Positions 52,561-60,742 of a DNA stretch of 64,000 nucleotides are shown here, one piece after another (positions within the stretch are counted from its first letter, which is position 1; the number at the start of each line of letters is the position of its first letter). The notes under the pieces were generated by a model. The model did not search any database. It was not told the origin of the DNA and saw only the letters and a program-made list of their open reading frames with translations. Source of the stretch: a virus; IMG/VR virus record IMGVR_UViG_3300023179_003528, positions 12,455 through 76,454 of that record; one strand, given 5' to 3'. Position numbers and translations under genes: made by a program.

Positions 52561-52720
52561 AGAATATCTAAAAGAAGATGAAAAATTCACAGGAGGTAAC
52601 GCTGCCGCAGGAACTAGAGCTCGCAAGGCTCTGGCAGAAATCAGTAAGGCAGTTAAGACAAGACGTAATGAAATTACAGCAGAAAAGGCTCTTCGTAAAG
52701 AGGCCAAAACTGCAAAATAA
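52523..52720 (+). CDS. small basic histone H1-like (Hc1-type) DNA-binding protein
   Basis: KF..GNAAAGTRARKAL.EI.K..K..R.EI pattern; AAGGA RBS. Confidence 0.6.
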   Translation: MNKTTTQLQRLFEEYLKEDEKFTGGNAAAGTRARKALAEISKAVKTRRNEITAEKALRKEAKTAK

Positions 52721-52723
52721 TCA

Positions 52724-53158
52724 ATGTCTTGGACCTACCAAGGGACGATTATTAATGAATTACCCGAGAACTGTATAGGTTTCGTATATCTCATCACCAA
52801 TACAGTAACTGGCAAAAAATACGTAGGCAAAAAATTATCTAAATTCTCCAAAATAACTTATAAAACTGTAAGACTCAAAAACGGCACTAAAAAAAGAAAA
52901 AGAACTAAAAGCAAAATAGAGTCGGATTGGCAGACATATTATGGCTCAAACGATAATCTCAACCAAGACGTACTCAAATTAGGCACAGAGAAATTTTTAA
53001 GAGAAATACTATACTTTTGTAATTCAAAGGCAGAATGTTCCTATACCGAAGCACGTGAACAATTTACTCGCAAAGTACTAGAATCAGACGAATACTATAA
53101 CGGACAGATATCTGTTCGTGTCCATGGCACCCACATAAAAGGCAAACTTAACGGTTAA
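52724..53158 (+). CDS. stand-alone GIY-YIG nuclease-family protein
   Basis: GFVYLITNTVTGKKYVG, Y.GS, F.REIL, catalytic-type Glu (YTEARE) and YYN; Lys/Arg-rich insert. Confidence 0.82.
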   Translation: MSWTYQGTIINELPENCIGFVYLITNTVTGKKYVGKKLSKFSKITYKTVRLKNGTKKRKRTKSKIESDWQTYYGSNDNLNQDVLKLGTEKFLREILYFCNSKAECSYTEAREQFTRKVLESDEYYNGQISVRVHGTHIKGKLNG

Positions 53159-53570
53159 TGGCTCGCGCAGGCTAACTTCATGCGCCCTAGACCTGGATCC
53201 AGTATCGCAGGGACGGAATGCTCACCGCCGTGGTGAGAACTCGACCACTACCCGAAAGGATGAAGATCACTAAATGCCGTGATTTGGTTGTTTGAATAGG
53301 TTAATTTAAAGGCAAAAAGAAGGATAACTCCCTAACGGACATATAGACGTCTGCGTGTTTATGTGTGCCTGCCGTCGGATAAAGACTGAGCTCGTGGTAC
53401 CGGCCGACCGCCACTGTAATGCTCTAACGCGGAATGACTTGCTAACTCGGATGATGACAAGTACATCTTTGCCCGCTCTGGGCAAAGTATGACCATTTAA
53501 TCTGGATGATAGAAAAGAAAATTGCTTCGAGTCGTTAGACGAAGAAGCAAACGAACGCAGTTCGTTTCAG
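53159..53570 (+). ncRNA. large structured non-coding element of unknown class (strand inferred)
   Basis: ~450-nt gap with no ORF in the track; about 49% GC by hand count (175/360 for 53161-53520), well above the flanks; at least 8 hairpins, several with G-U pairs on the + strand. Confidence 0.6.
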
Positions 53571-53609
53571 ATTAATAAATAAAATTTGTTAGACTTTTGA
53601 GGAAAGATT

Positions 53610-54119
53610 ATGAAAATCTCTGATGTAATCTCTGAAAACACCGAAACTATTAGTGAATTAGGAACTACTCCTATGGGTTTAGGTCAACGTATGGCTACAG
53701 GAGCTCTGGCGAAACTAGGATCAACCACGGCTCAGGCTAATCTAGATGTAGGAAAAAGAGCTAACGAACTAGAAAAAACTTTTAGACAATGGGCATTGAG
53801 AGCAGGGATTAGTTTAAACATGGCACCTAAAACTGAGTTAGAAAAGTTTTTTCAACAGCAAGGATTACCTTCAATGCCGTTAAGACAGAACATGTATGAT
53901 CTTACAGATCCAAATACATCTAGAGAAGTTTGGAAAGCAGTTGCTCAGAATGCCTATAAGAGTGGAGGTTCAACTGCTGCATCTGCTCCATTAGGACAAA
54001 AATATGGATTAGGTTCTGGATCAAGTAGCAGTAGCGGACAAAATGTTCTGGCTCAAATACAGGGCATGTTGGGCAGCTTGACACCAGCAGAGAGAAACAA
54101 ACTTAAGGCTGCTCTCTAA
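53610..54119 (+). CDS. hypothetical late protein, possibly a processed head protein
   Basis: TAAATA at 53576-53581, GAGGA RBS, N-terminal ISE motifs (MKISDVISENTETISE). Confidence 0.65.
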   Translation: MKISDVISENTETISELGTTPMGLGQRMATGALAKLGSTTAQANLDVGKRANELEKTFRQWALRAGISLNMAPKTELEKFFQQQGLPSMPLRQNMYDLTDPNTSREVWKAVAQNAYKSGGSTAASAPLGQKYGLGSGSSSSSGQNVLAQIQGMLGSLTPAERNKLKAAL

Positions 54120-54334
54120 AAGAAAGGAAGACCACTCTGTTTTGTGGTTTCTAGATTTTCAGCTATAAGTTCTGCAATTATTTCTCTATCGTTAATATCT
54201 AACTGATACATCTGATCCATTGTAAGCGATCCCCGCATAAACCAAGCTAATTTAAATAATTCTTTTTTTAAGGCTTTTGACTCGTTATCTAATTTAACAA
54301 TTTCTTTTTCTATTTGTTCATTAGATAAGGTCAA
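54116..54334 (-). CDS. gp51-like hub/tail assembly chaperone segment, probably expressed by -1 frameshift from the upstream gene
   Basis: L.W.MRG.LT....Y.L...DREII pattern; only a TTG start with no RBS; in the -1 frame of the upstream T_TTT_TTC. Confidence 0.6.
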   Translation of the reverse strand: MTLSNEQIEKEIVKLDNESKALKKELFKLAWFMRGSLTMDQMYQLDINDREIIAELIAENLETTKQSGLPFF

Positions 54335-54339
54335 AAGCC

Positions 54340-55209
54340 TTAGGCGAAAAAATCTGAATCGTTAAAATTAATAGGCATTTCATAGGTCGCAGGAGCACCT
54401 TTAAGTTGTTGTTCTTCTGTTGTGGTAAAAGACAAAGGCTTTAGATCATTATGTTTCTTTAATTCGGCTAGGTGTTTCTGTATTTGGTCAAATATAGACT
54501 TGTCTACATTATCGATAAATTCTCGTAGTGTGTTTCTATCAGATACTTCTGCTTCCATGGTCACAATCTTTTCTATGCTGTCTACCATGAGGTCTGTGGT
54601 TATCTGTGTCATTGTTCTAAAACTTTGATTTACATAGGCCAATTTCTTTTCGTCACTCATAGCATCATCATTTACTACCTGAAGAATCTTTTGTGTTTCG
54701 AAAGTCTTTATGCTCAGCTGAGTCATGTGTTTGTAGGTCAATGGCCTAACAAACACCACTATATTTTCATTGATGACAACTTGATCTATCCAATAGTTTT
54801 GACTCTGTTGATCTAATAATAGTTTTAGATCTATTTCATATTCAACCTCTTCATCGGTATTCGGCACCTTGTGTGTGAAAGGCATACGTTCTCCATAGGT
54901 AGCTAACCTTATGGCCACCAAGATTGTATCTAGGTCTATAGTAGGACATTTCCAAGCGTCCTTAATGTTGGGCAAACAACTCTGAATAACGTCTACGACA
55001 CCTTGACCATTCATTAGAGCATCTGGTGTTTTAAACATAAGCTCATCTCGGGCTGTCATAGAATACACGGGCAACTCATCATTATCTGGCATGAATATAC
55101 TACCTGCTGGCCAAAATTTACCATTACTGGGTAATCTAATATAAATTTTTGGCTGACGCATCCATGCTGCCAATGGGTTGGTCTTGGTTGAAGGGGTGAA
55201 ATGTTGCAT
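54340..55209 (-). CDS. gp26: baseplate hub assembly protein (gp26-like)
   Basis: LPS.G, MTARDEL, DLDTILVAIR.AT.GE, RPLTY and C-terminal DFF. Confidence 0.7.
   Translation of the reverse strand: MQHFTPSTKTNPLAAWMRQPKIYIRLPSNGKFWPAGSIFMPDNDELPVYSMTARDELMFKTPDALMNGQGVVDVIQSCLPNIKDAWKCPTIDLDTILVAIRLATYGERMPFTHKVPNTDEEVEYEIDLKLLLDQQSQNYWIDQVVINENIVVFVRPLTYKHMTQLSIKTFETQKILQVVNDDAMSDEKKLAYVNQSFRTMTQITTDLMVDSIEKIVTMEAEVSDRNTLREFIDNVDKSIFDQIQKHLAELKKHNDLKPLSFTTTEEQQLKGAPATYEMPINFNDSDFFA
54346..54352 (-). other. -1 frameshift heptamer T_TTT_TTC
   Basis: 0 frame: GAT TTT TTC GCC TAA. -1 frame: TTT TTT CGC CTA AGG CTT TTG ACC TTA, continuing into 54334..54116. Confidence 0.6.
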
Positions 55210-55220
55210 TTGAACTCCGA

Positions 55221-55255
55221 TAAATAAGTATTGGACTAGTATGAAATTATTTATA
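55221..55255. promoter_or_regulatory. face-to-face late promoters
   Basis: TAAATA on + at 55221-55226 and TATAAATA on - at 55248-55255. Confidence 0.55.
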
Positions 55256-55282
55256 TACCTAGATTATATCGGACCTTAAACT

Positions 55283-57592
55283 ATGTCAGCAGCCACAGAA
55301 GCTACTCTTGAAGAACTATTATTTGTAGCCCGCAGTCAAAATACTAATTTGAGTAATATTCAACGACTGCTATCTGGAGGTGGTGGCGGAGGTGGTGGAT
55401 CAGGTGCTCAAGCCAACCGTGAAGCAGAAAGAAGTGTGCGAGGACTCAGTGCTGCCGCAGGAGCAGCCAGTGCTGCTCTAGGAGCACTAAAATTAGTAGG
55501 TAATATACTGGGCGGTATTATAGGATTAGTAACTGATGTATTTAAAAAATTGTTTACCGGTCTTACCCAAACCATAATAAATCTAACACAGTTTGGTCAA
55601 GCAGCCATGTTAGGCACAGCAAGACTTAGTGATTTTTATTCTGCTCTAGGAGATCTCCCATTCTTTATGGGCACGATCTTTAAGATGTATGCTGACATTA
55701 TAAGAATTAGAGAAGCTACTCTGGACGCATTTAGCCAGATTAGCCAGAGTGGTGCTACCTTTGGCGGCAGTTTAGAAGCATTTAGAAATAGTGCCTTTCG
55801 TGCAAGACTGACCATGCAGGAGTTTCAAGAGGTAGTAAGAGCCAGCTCAGAAGGATTAGCCAGCGTTGGTATGACTGAAGGTGTAGCTAGATTTGGTAGT
55901 GTTATCTCACAACTTACCAGCGGTCCGTTAGCTCGCACACTTTTTGGATTAGGATATAGTGCTAGGGATCTAGCACAAGGAGCAGGAACTTTTATTACAC
56001 TCATAGGTGGAATGAACAGAGCTAGAGGTATGAGTGATACTCAACTGGCAGAAGGTGCAGGTAACTTATTGTTACAAATAGATCTGTTGGCCAAGGCGAC
56101 TGGAAAAAACAGAGAAGAAATTGAAAAAGAGCTTAAAGAGAAAAAGTTCCAAGGTGCATTTCAATATTATACTCAGTCATTAAGTGACAAAGCTAGGACC
56201 ATGTTAACCACAGTAATAGAAAGGGTAGAAAATCAGGCTGGTCCTGCTGCTGCTAACTTTGTAAAACAGTTTGTAATGACAGGAGGTGGTCCTCTCATAG
56301 CAATGAACGAGGAAATGGGGACTTTATACAGTGCCATAGGACCGACTCTACAAGGAATAGTATCAGGCTTTGCTAGAGCAGGAACAGACATGACTCTAGG
56401 CGCAGTAGAACGAGAAGCTCTGCAGGAGAGACTGTTAGATCAACTGGCCAAGGCATATGATAATAATGTTTTACGACCACTAGGTCAATCAGGAGCTTAT
56501 TTAAATTTAAGTAATAATGCTCTTTTAAACTTATCTCAATTATATAAAAGGCTAGTTATTGCTAATGGTAGAACAGAAGCACAAAGACAAGCACAGGCAG
56601 AGCAATCAGTTGCAGAACAAGAAAAAGCAAGGAGAGCTAGTGCTTCAGCTGCTAGAGAAGCAGAGCTAAGTGTTAGACAATTTGGACAAAATATATTTTC
56701 CATTGTGTCAAATTTTATAACACCTATTGCTCAAAAACTAGAACAGATACTACGTAGTCTGGTAGACTTTGCATTACCCTATGTTAAACGTATCATAGAT
56801 TGGTTATTAGACACGTTTAAACAAATCAAAGACGCTCCTAATATTCAAGAAAGGCTTAAAATATTCTTTGATAAACTTGTAGAAGGTACCGGAAATATTT
56901 GGGAAACTATAAAGCCTGCTTGGATACAAGTTATACAACCTGCCGCTAAAAAAATGTTTGACAGCCTATTGGATTTTGTTCGTCCATACTTCTTAAATAT
57001 GCTAGATGAACTCATGCTTGCTTTGAATAATTGGGCAGTAAGCATAATTGGAGTTCGATTCGGTTTAAAAAATCCAGAACTAATGAGAGCTCAGGTGGAT
57101 TTTAACAAGACAGAAAGAGAGGTTGAAAGGTTAAGTAAATTAATAGCAGATACTAGAAATCTGGGTGAAAATCGTTACAGTAAACAATATCTTGATACAG
57201 TCGAAAAAGAATTAAGCAGTAAAAGAGGGGAATTAATAGAACTACAGGCTAAAATAGATAGGATTAAAGATGGAAATAGCTCTGGGAATAATAGAGGATC
57301 ACCTTTCGCACCTGGCTCCAACCCTTTTCCTAGACATTCTGGCACAATAGGCATGACAGGTAACTGGTGGGAAAAAGAATCTGCTACGTTAAATGTTCAA
57401 GCTGGAGAGACAGTGGCCACACAAGATCAAATCAAACAAATTGTGGATTACGCCAGTAGTGGTGGCAATCAGGAACTGTCACGCTTAAATACATTGATGG
57501 TACAATTAATCAAAGAAACTCAAAGAGTAGCTGATAATACAGCAAATGCTGTAAGGGCCACAAAGGAACTAAGTGGAAATGCTTGGGCTTAA
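55283..57592 (+). CDS. tail tape measure protein candidate
   Basis: 769 aa, Ala/Gly/Leu-rich and helical, with an N-terminal hydrophobic segment; adjacent to the gp26/gp51-like pair. Confidence 0.6.
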   Translation: MSAATEATLEELLFVARSQNTNLSNIQRLLSGGGGGGGGSGAQANREAERSVRGLSAAAGAASAALGALKLVGNILGGIIGLVTDVFKKLFTGLTQTIINLTQFGQAAMLGTARLSDFYSALGDLPFFMGTIFKMYADIIRIREATLDAFSQISQSGATFGGSLEAFRNSAFRARLTMQEFQEVVRASSEGLASVGMTEGVARFGSVISQLTSGPLARTLFGLGYSARDLAQGAGTFITLIGGMNRARGMSDTQLAEGAGNLLLQIDLLAKATGKNREEIEKELKEKKFQGAFQYYTQSLSDKARTMLTTVIERVENQAGPAAANFVKQFVMTGGGPLIAMNEEMGTLYSAIGPTLQGIVSGFARAGTDMTLGAVEREALQERLLDQLAKAYDNNVLRPLGQSGAYLNLSNNALLNLSQLYKRLVIANGRTEAQRQAQAEQSVAEQEKARRASASAAREAELSVRQFGQNIFSIVSNFITPIAQKLEQILRSLVDFALPYVKRIIDWLLDTFKQIKDAPNIQERLKIFFDKLVEGTGNIWETIKPAWIQVIQPAAKKMFDSLLDFVRPYFLNMLDELMLALNNWAVSIIGVRFGLKNPELMRAQVDFNKTEREVERLSKLIADTRNLGENRYSKQYLDTVEKELSSKRGELIELQAKIDRIKDGNSSGNNRGSPFAPGSNPFPRHSGTIGMTGNWWEKESATLNVQAGETVATQDQIKQIVDYASSGGNQELSRLNTLMVQLIKETQRVADNTANAVRATKELSGNAWA

Positions 57593-57595
57593 TAC

Positions 57596-59305
57596 ATGAG
57601 TTGGCGTAAATATTTTACTCCCGTTAATACTTCCGGTAGTTTGAGTCCTATCAGCGGCTCAATGATCAGTTCTGGGCCAAGTGCCAGCAGATCCAACTAT
57701 TCCAGCTATCTACCAGATGTTTATTCAGGTCATCCTAATCGTCTCGAACGGTATGGTCAATATGACACCATGGACTGGGACAGTGAAGTTAATGCTGCTC
57801 TTGATATTCTAGCAGAGTTTTGCAGTCAAGAAAATGTAGAAAACGGAACTCCATTTCAAGTTTTTTTCAAAGAGTCTGCCACAGGTACTGAAATTAGAAT
57901 TATTAAAAAGTATCTGCAACAATGGACTAAGTTAAACAAGTTTCATACTAGAATGTTTAAAATAGTGCGTAATGCCTTCAAATACGGAGATGTTTTCTTT
58001 ATTCGCGATCCTGAAACTCAGTCTTGGATGTATGTAGATCCTGCCAAAGTAGATAAGATTATTGTAAATGAATCAGAAGGAAAAAAACCTGAACAATATG
58101 TTATCAGAGATTGGAATCCTAACTTAGAAAAATTAAACGCCACAGCCATTAATCCTAGCAATGTGCATGGCGGCGGTAGTCAATTTGGTGGCAGCTACGG
58201 AACAGGACAAGGTGGAGCAGGAGGAGCCAGAGGTATGGTAGGATCCTTTCCTACATCCACTAATGCCAGCAGGTTTACACAAAACCAAAATCAATATACC
58301 TTAAATGCTGAACATGTTATTCATATATCTATGAGTGAAGGATTAGACAATAACTATCCTTTTGGCAACAGTCTTTTAGAAAGTATTTTTAAGGTATTCA
58401 AACAAAAAGAATTACTAGAAGACGCGATTATCATATATCGTGTTCAACGTGCTCCAGAACGTCGTGTGTTCTATATTGATGTGGGTAACATGCCCAGTCA
58501 CTTGGCAATGGCATTCGTTGAACGTGTAAAAAATGAAGTAAACCAAAGACGTATACCAAGTAGCACAGGTGGATCACAAACAGTCATTGATTCGGGCTAT
58601 AATCCACTATCAATAAATGAAGACTATTTTTTCCCACAAACAGCAGAGGGGCGAGGCAGTAAGGTTGAAATATTACCAGGTGGAACTAATCTAGGAGAAA
58701 TTGATGACCTTAAGTACTTTACTAATAAACTTTTTCGTGCTCTACGCATCCCTAGTAGCTATCTACCTACTGGCCCCGATGACGGGGGAAGTAATTTTAA
58801 TGATGGAAGGGTCGGAACCGCTTATATTCAGGAACTTAGATTTAACAAATATTGTGAAAGATTACAATCCCTAATGCATGAAGTATTTGATACAGAATTT
58901 AAATTATACCTATACAAAAAAGGTATTAACATAGATAATAATATCTTTGATATCAAGTTTAATCCTCCGCAAAATTTTGCCAGCTACAGGCAGGCTGAGA
59001 TGGACACTGCTCGTGTTAATACATTTGGCACACTGGCAGAAGTTCCATACCTTAGCAAGAGGTTCTCCATGAAACGCTTCCTAGGCCTAACCGCTGAAGA
59101 AGTAGCAGAAAATGAGCGTATGTGGAAGGAAGAAAACATCGATGATGACGAAGATTTAAGCGCTGGTGCTCAGATGCGTGGGGGCGGTATTAGTGCTAAT
59201 GCTATAGGTTCAGAACTAGGATCTGCCACTGCCAACACTGCGGAATTGCCCGATGAACAAGGTCAAATGCCTGAAACTCCGCCCACGGAGCAACCTCAAG
59301 TTTGA
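57596..59305 (+). CDS. gp20: portal protein
   Basis: LLEDAIIIYRVQRAPERRVFYIDVGNMP, EDYFFP...GRGS and ELRF.K motifs. Confidence 0.96.
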   Translation: MSWRKYFTPVNTSGSLSPISGSMISSGPSASRSNYSSYLPDVYSGHPNRLERYGQYDTMDWDSEVNAALDILAEFCSQENVENGTPFQVFFKESATGTEIRIIKKYLQQWTKLNKFHTRMFKIVRNAFKYGDVFFIRDPETQSWMYVDPAKVDKIIVNESEGKKPEQYVIRDWNPNLEKLNATAINPSNVHGGGSQFGGSYGTGQGGAGGARGMVGSFPTSTNASRFTQNQNQYTLNAEHVIHISMSEGLDNNYPFGNSLLESIFKVFKQKELLEDAIIIYRVQRAPERRVFYIDVGNMPSHLAMAFVERVKNEVNQRRIPSSTGGSQTVIDSGYNPLSINEDYFFPQTAEGRGSKVEILPGGTNLGEIDDLKYFTNKLFRALRIPSSYLPTGPDDGGSNFNDGRVGTAYIQELRFNKYCERLQSLMHEVFDTEFKLYLYKKGINIDNNIFDIKFNPPQNFASYRQAEMDTARVNTFGTLAEVPYLSKRFSMKRFLGLTAEEVAENERMWKEENIDDDEDLSAGAQMRGGGISANAIGSELGSATANTAELPDEQGQMPETPPTEQPQV

Positions 59306-59316
59306 TAAATACTCGT

Positions 59317-59568
59317 ATGTTATTGCGTGAATTTGTTTATGTGAACCGAACATCATCTGATTTTTATCAAGATGATAATCGCTATATTTCCAGTAATGAC
59401 ACTTCAATTCTCCGTGATACTGATGTTAGAAAAACTAGATTGACCTTAAAAATGTTGGGAGAAATACGTAGATCTAATGAAGCACATCAAGCAGAACGTA
59501 GGGAAGAATTAATATTAGTTAGAAAAATGTATGCTGCACCACCACCTGAGGCAGGTCCTCAGGTTTAA
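59317..59568 (+). CDS. small head-module protein
   Basis: ATG 59317 lies 5 nt after TAAATA (59306-59311); RKTRLTL motif. Confidence 0.65.
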   Translation: MLLREFVYVNRTSSDFYQDDNRYISSNDTSILRDTDVRKTRLTLKMLGEIRRSNEAHQAERREELILVRKMYAAPPPEAGPQV

Positions 59569-59603
59569 AAATTAGTCAATCAGGGCTGAAACTCTGTCAA
59601 CTC

Positions 59604-59640
59604 TAGGCCAAAATGAGTCATTTTAGGCCTATTTCGTGTT
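59604..59640 (+). terminator. inverted repeat, possible terminator or operator
   Basis: TAGGCC-AAAATGA-G-TCATTTT-A-GGCCTA followed by TTTCGTGTT. Confidence 0.4.
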
Positions 59641-59658
59641 AATTATATTACAACTCTG

Positions 59659-59664
59659 TAAATA
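59659..59664 (+). promoter_or_regulatory. late promoter for the prohead/capsid operon
   Basis: TAAATA upstream of TAAGGAG RBS. Confidence 0.55.
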
Positions 59665-59707
59665 TACTGGACAGCCTTGCCGCTAGAGTTTAAGGAGAAT
59701 AACGGAA

Positions 59708-60730
59708 ATGTCTAAATTTGAACAATTATTAGACTATCTTGTGAATGAAGAAATGGATAAAGCCAATGAGCTTTTCCACGAGATAGTTGTAGAAAAAAGC
59801 CGAGATATTTATGAAAATTTAATCGCTGAAGAAGAGCAAAACGCAGAAGTTGATGAAGCTGCCGACGAAGAAGTTGATGAGTCTGACGAAGAAGTAGACG
59901 AATCTGCTGATGATGATGTAGATGAGTCCTATGACGAGGACATGGAAGAAGCCGAAGAAGAGGAACTTGAAGATTCATACATGATGGATGGCGACGACAT
60001 GCCTGGTGATGAAGAAACAGGTGACCTAGGTGCCGAAGTAGGCGATGCTGGTGAAGAAATGCCCATGGATGCCGAAGAAGAAGTTAAAATGGATATTATG
60101 GCTGCTATCGAAAAACTAGAACAGGCATTCGCTGCAATGGGTGGCGGTGCAGGTGACGATGACATGGACCATGACATGGACCATGATATTGACCATGATA
60201 TTGACCATGATAAACCTGCTGAAGATATGATGGGTATGCCTGCTTATGAAAATCGTCGTGTTACCAGAGAATATGTTGAAAAAGTTGGTAATGACTGGGA
60301 TAAAAACAGCCAAAAAAATCAAGGTGCTATTGTAGGTAAAAACACAGGCGACGGTATGCCAACAGGTGAAAACACCAAGAGCCCTATTAGCTCGGGCAAA
60401 GGCAAACCTACAACTGGTGCTACAGCACACAATATTCTAGGCGGTAAAGGCGGTATGGAAGGTGGTCATAACACTGGAACCAGTCCTAACAAGCCAGTAA
60501 AAGGTATTAATCCAGAAAGTGGTGAGAAATTCACAAAAGGTGTAACCACAAACCTAGACGGTTCTACAACTGGTGTTAAGAAATTAAGCAAGGTTGCAGG
60601 CGGTCACGGTGCTGAAAAGAAAGGTGCTGGTCCAGGTCCAGTAGGTTCTGGAACAGGTGACAAGGCTGGTCAAACCAGTGTTGGACAGGTCAAGAGCCCA
60701 ATTAACGGTGCTCCGGGACGTAATGCCTAA
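59708..60730 (+). CDS. acidic prohead core protein
   Basis: Very Asp/Glu-rich N-half with repeated V/L-x-E sites; lies between portal and protease. Confidence 0.65.
   Translation: MSKFEQLLDYLVNEEMDKANELFHEIVVEKSRDIYENLIAEEEQNAEVDEAADEEVDESDEEVDESADDDVDESYDEDMEEAEEEELEDSYMMDGDDMPGDEETGDLGAEVGDAGEEMPMDAEEEVKMDIMAAIEKLEQAFAAMGGGAGDDDMDHDMDHDIDHDIDHDKPAEDMMGMPAYENRRVTREYVEKVGNDWDKNSQKNQGAIVGKNTGDGMPTGENTKSPISSGKGKPTTGATAHNILGGKGGMEGGHNTGTSPNKPVKGINPESGEKFTKGVTTNLDGSTTGVKKLSKVAGGHGAEKKGAGPGPVGSGTGDKAGQTSVGQVKSPINGAPGRNA
60161..60211 (+). repeat. 12-bp tandem repeat encoding (D-M/I-D-H)x4
   Basis: GACATGGACCAT x2 then GATATTGACCAT x2. Confidence 0.85.
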
Positions 60731-60742
60731 TAGAGATAATTG

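Noticed and set aside
53190-53510. CsrA/RsmA-sponge sRNA based on about ten GGA triplets
   Set aside because: The count is only modestly above chance at this GC content, and most GGAs are not in hairpin loops.
53159-53570. Group I intron, tmRNA, RNase P RNA or tRNA identity for the structured element
   Set aside because: No convincing group I P7/R-S elements or interrupted host gene, no tRNA-like acceptor/T-arm ends, and no GAGGAAAGUCC motif. An Rfam scan is still needed.
59566-59600. Minus-strand sigma70 promoter from TGTCAA at 59595-59600
   Set aside because: There is no acceptable -10 hexamer at 16-18 bp spacing.
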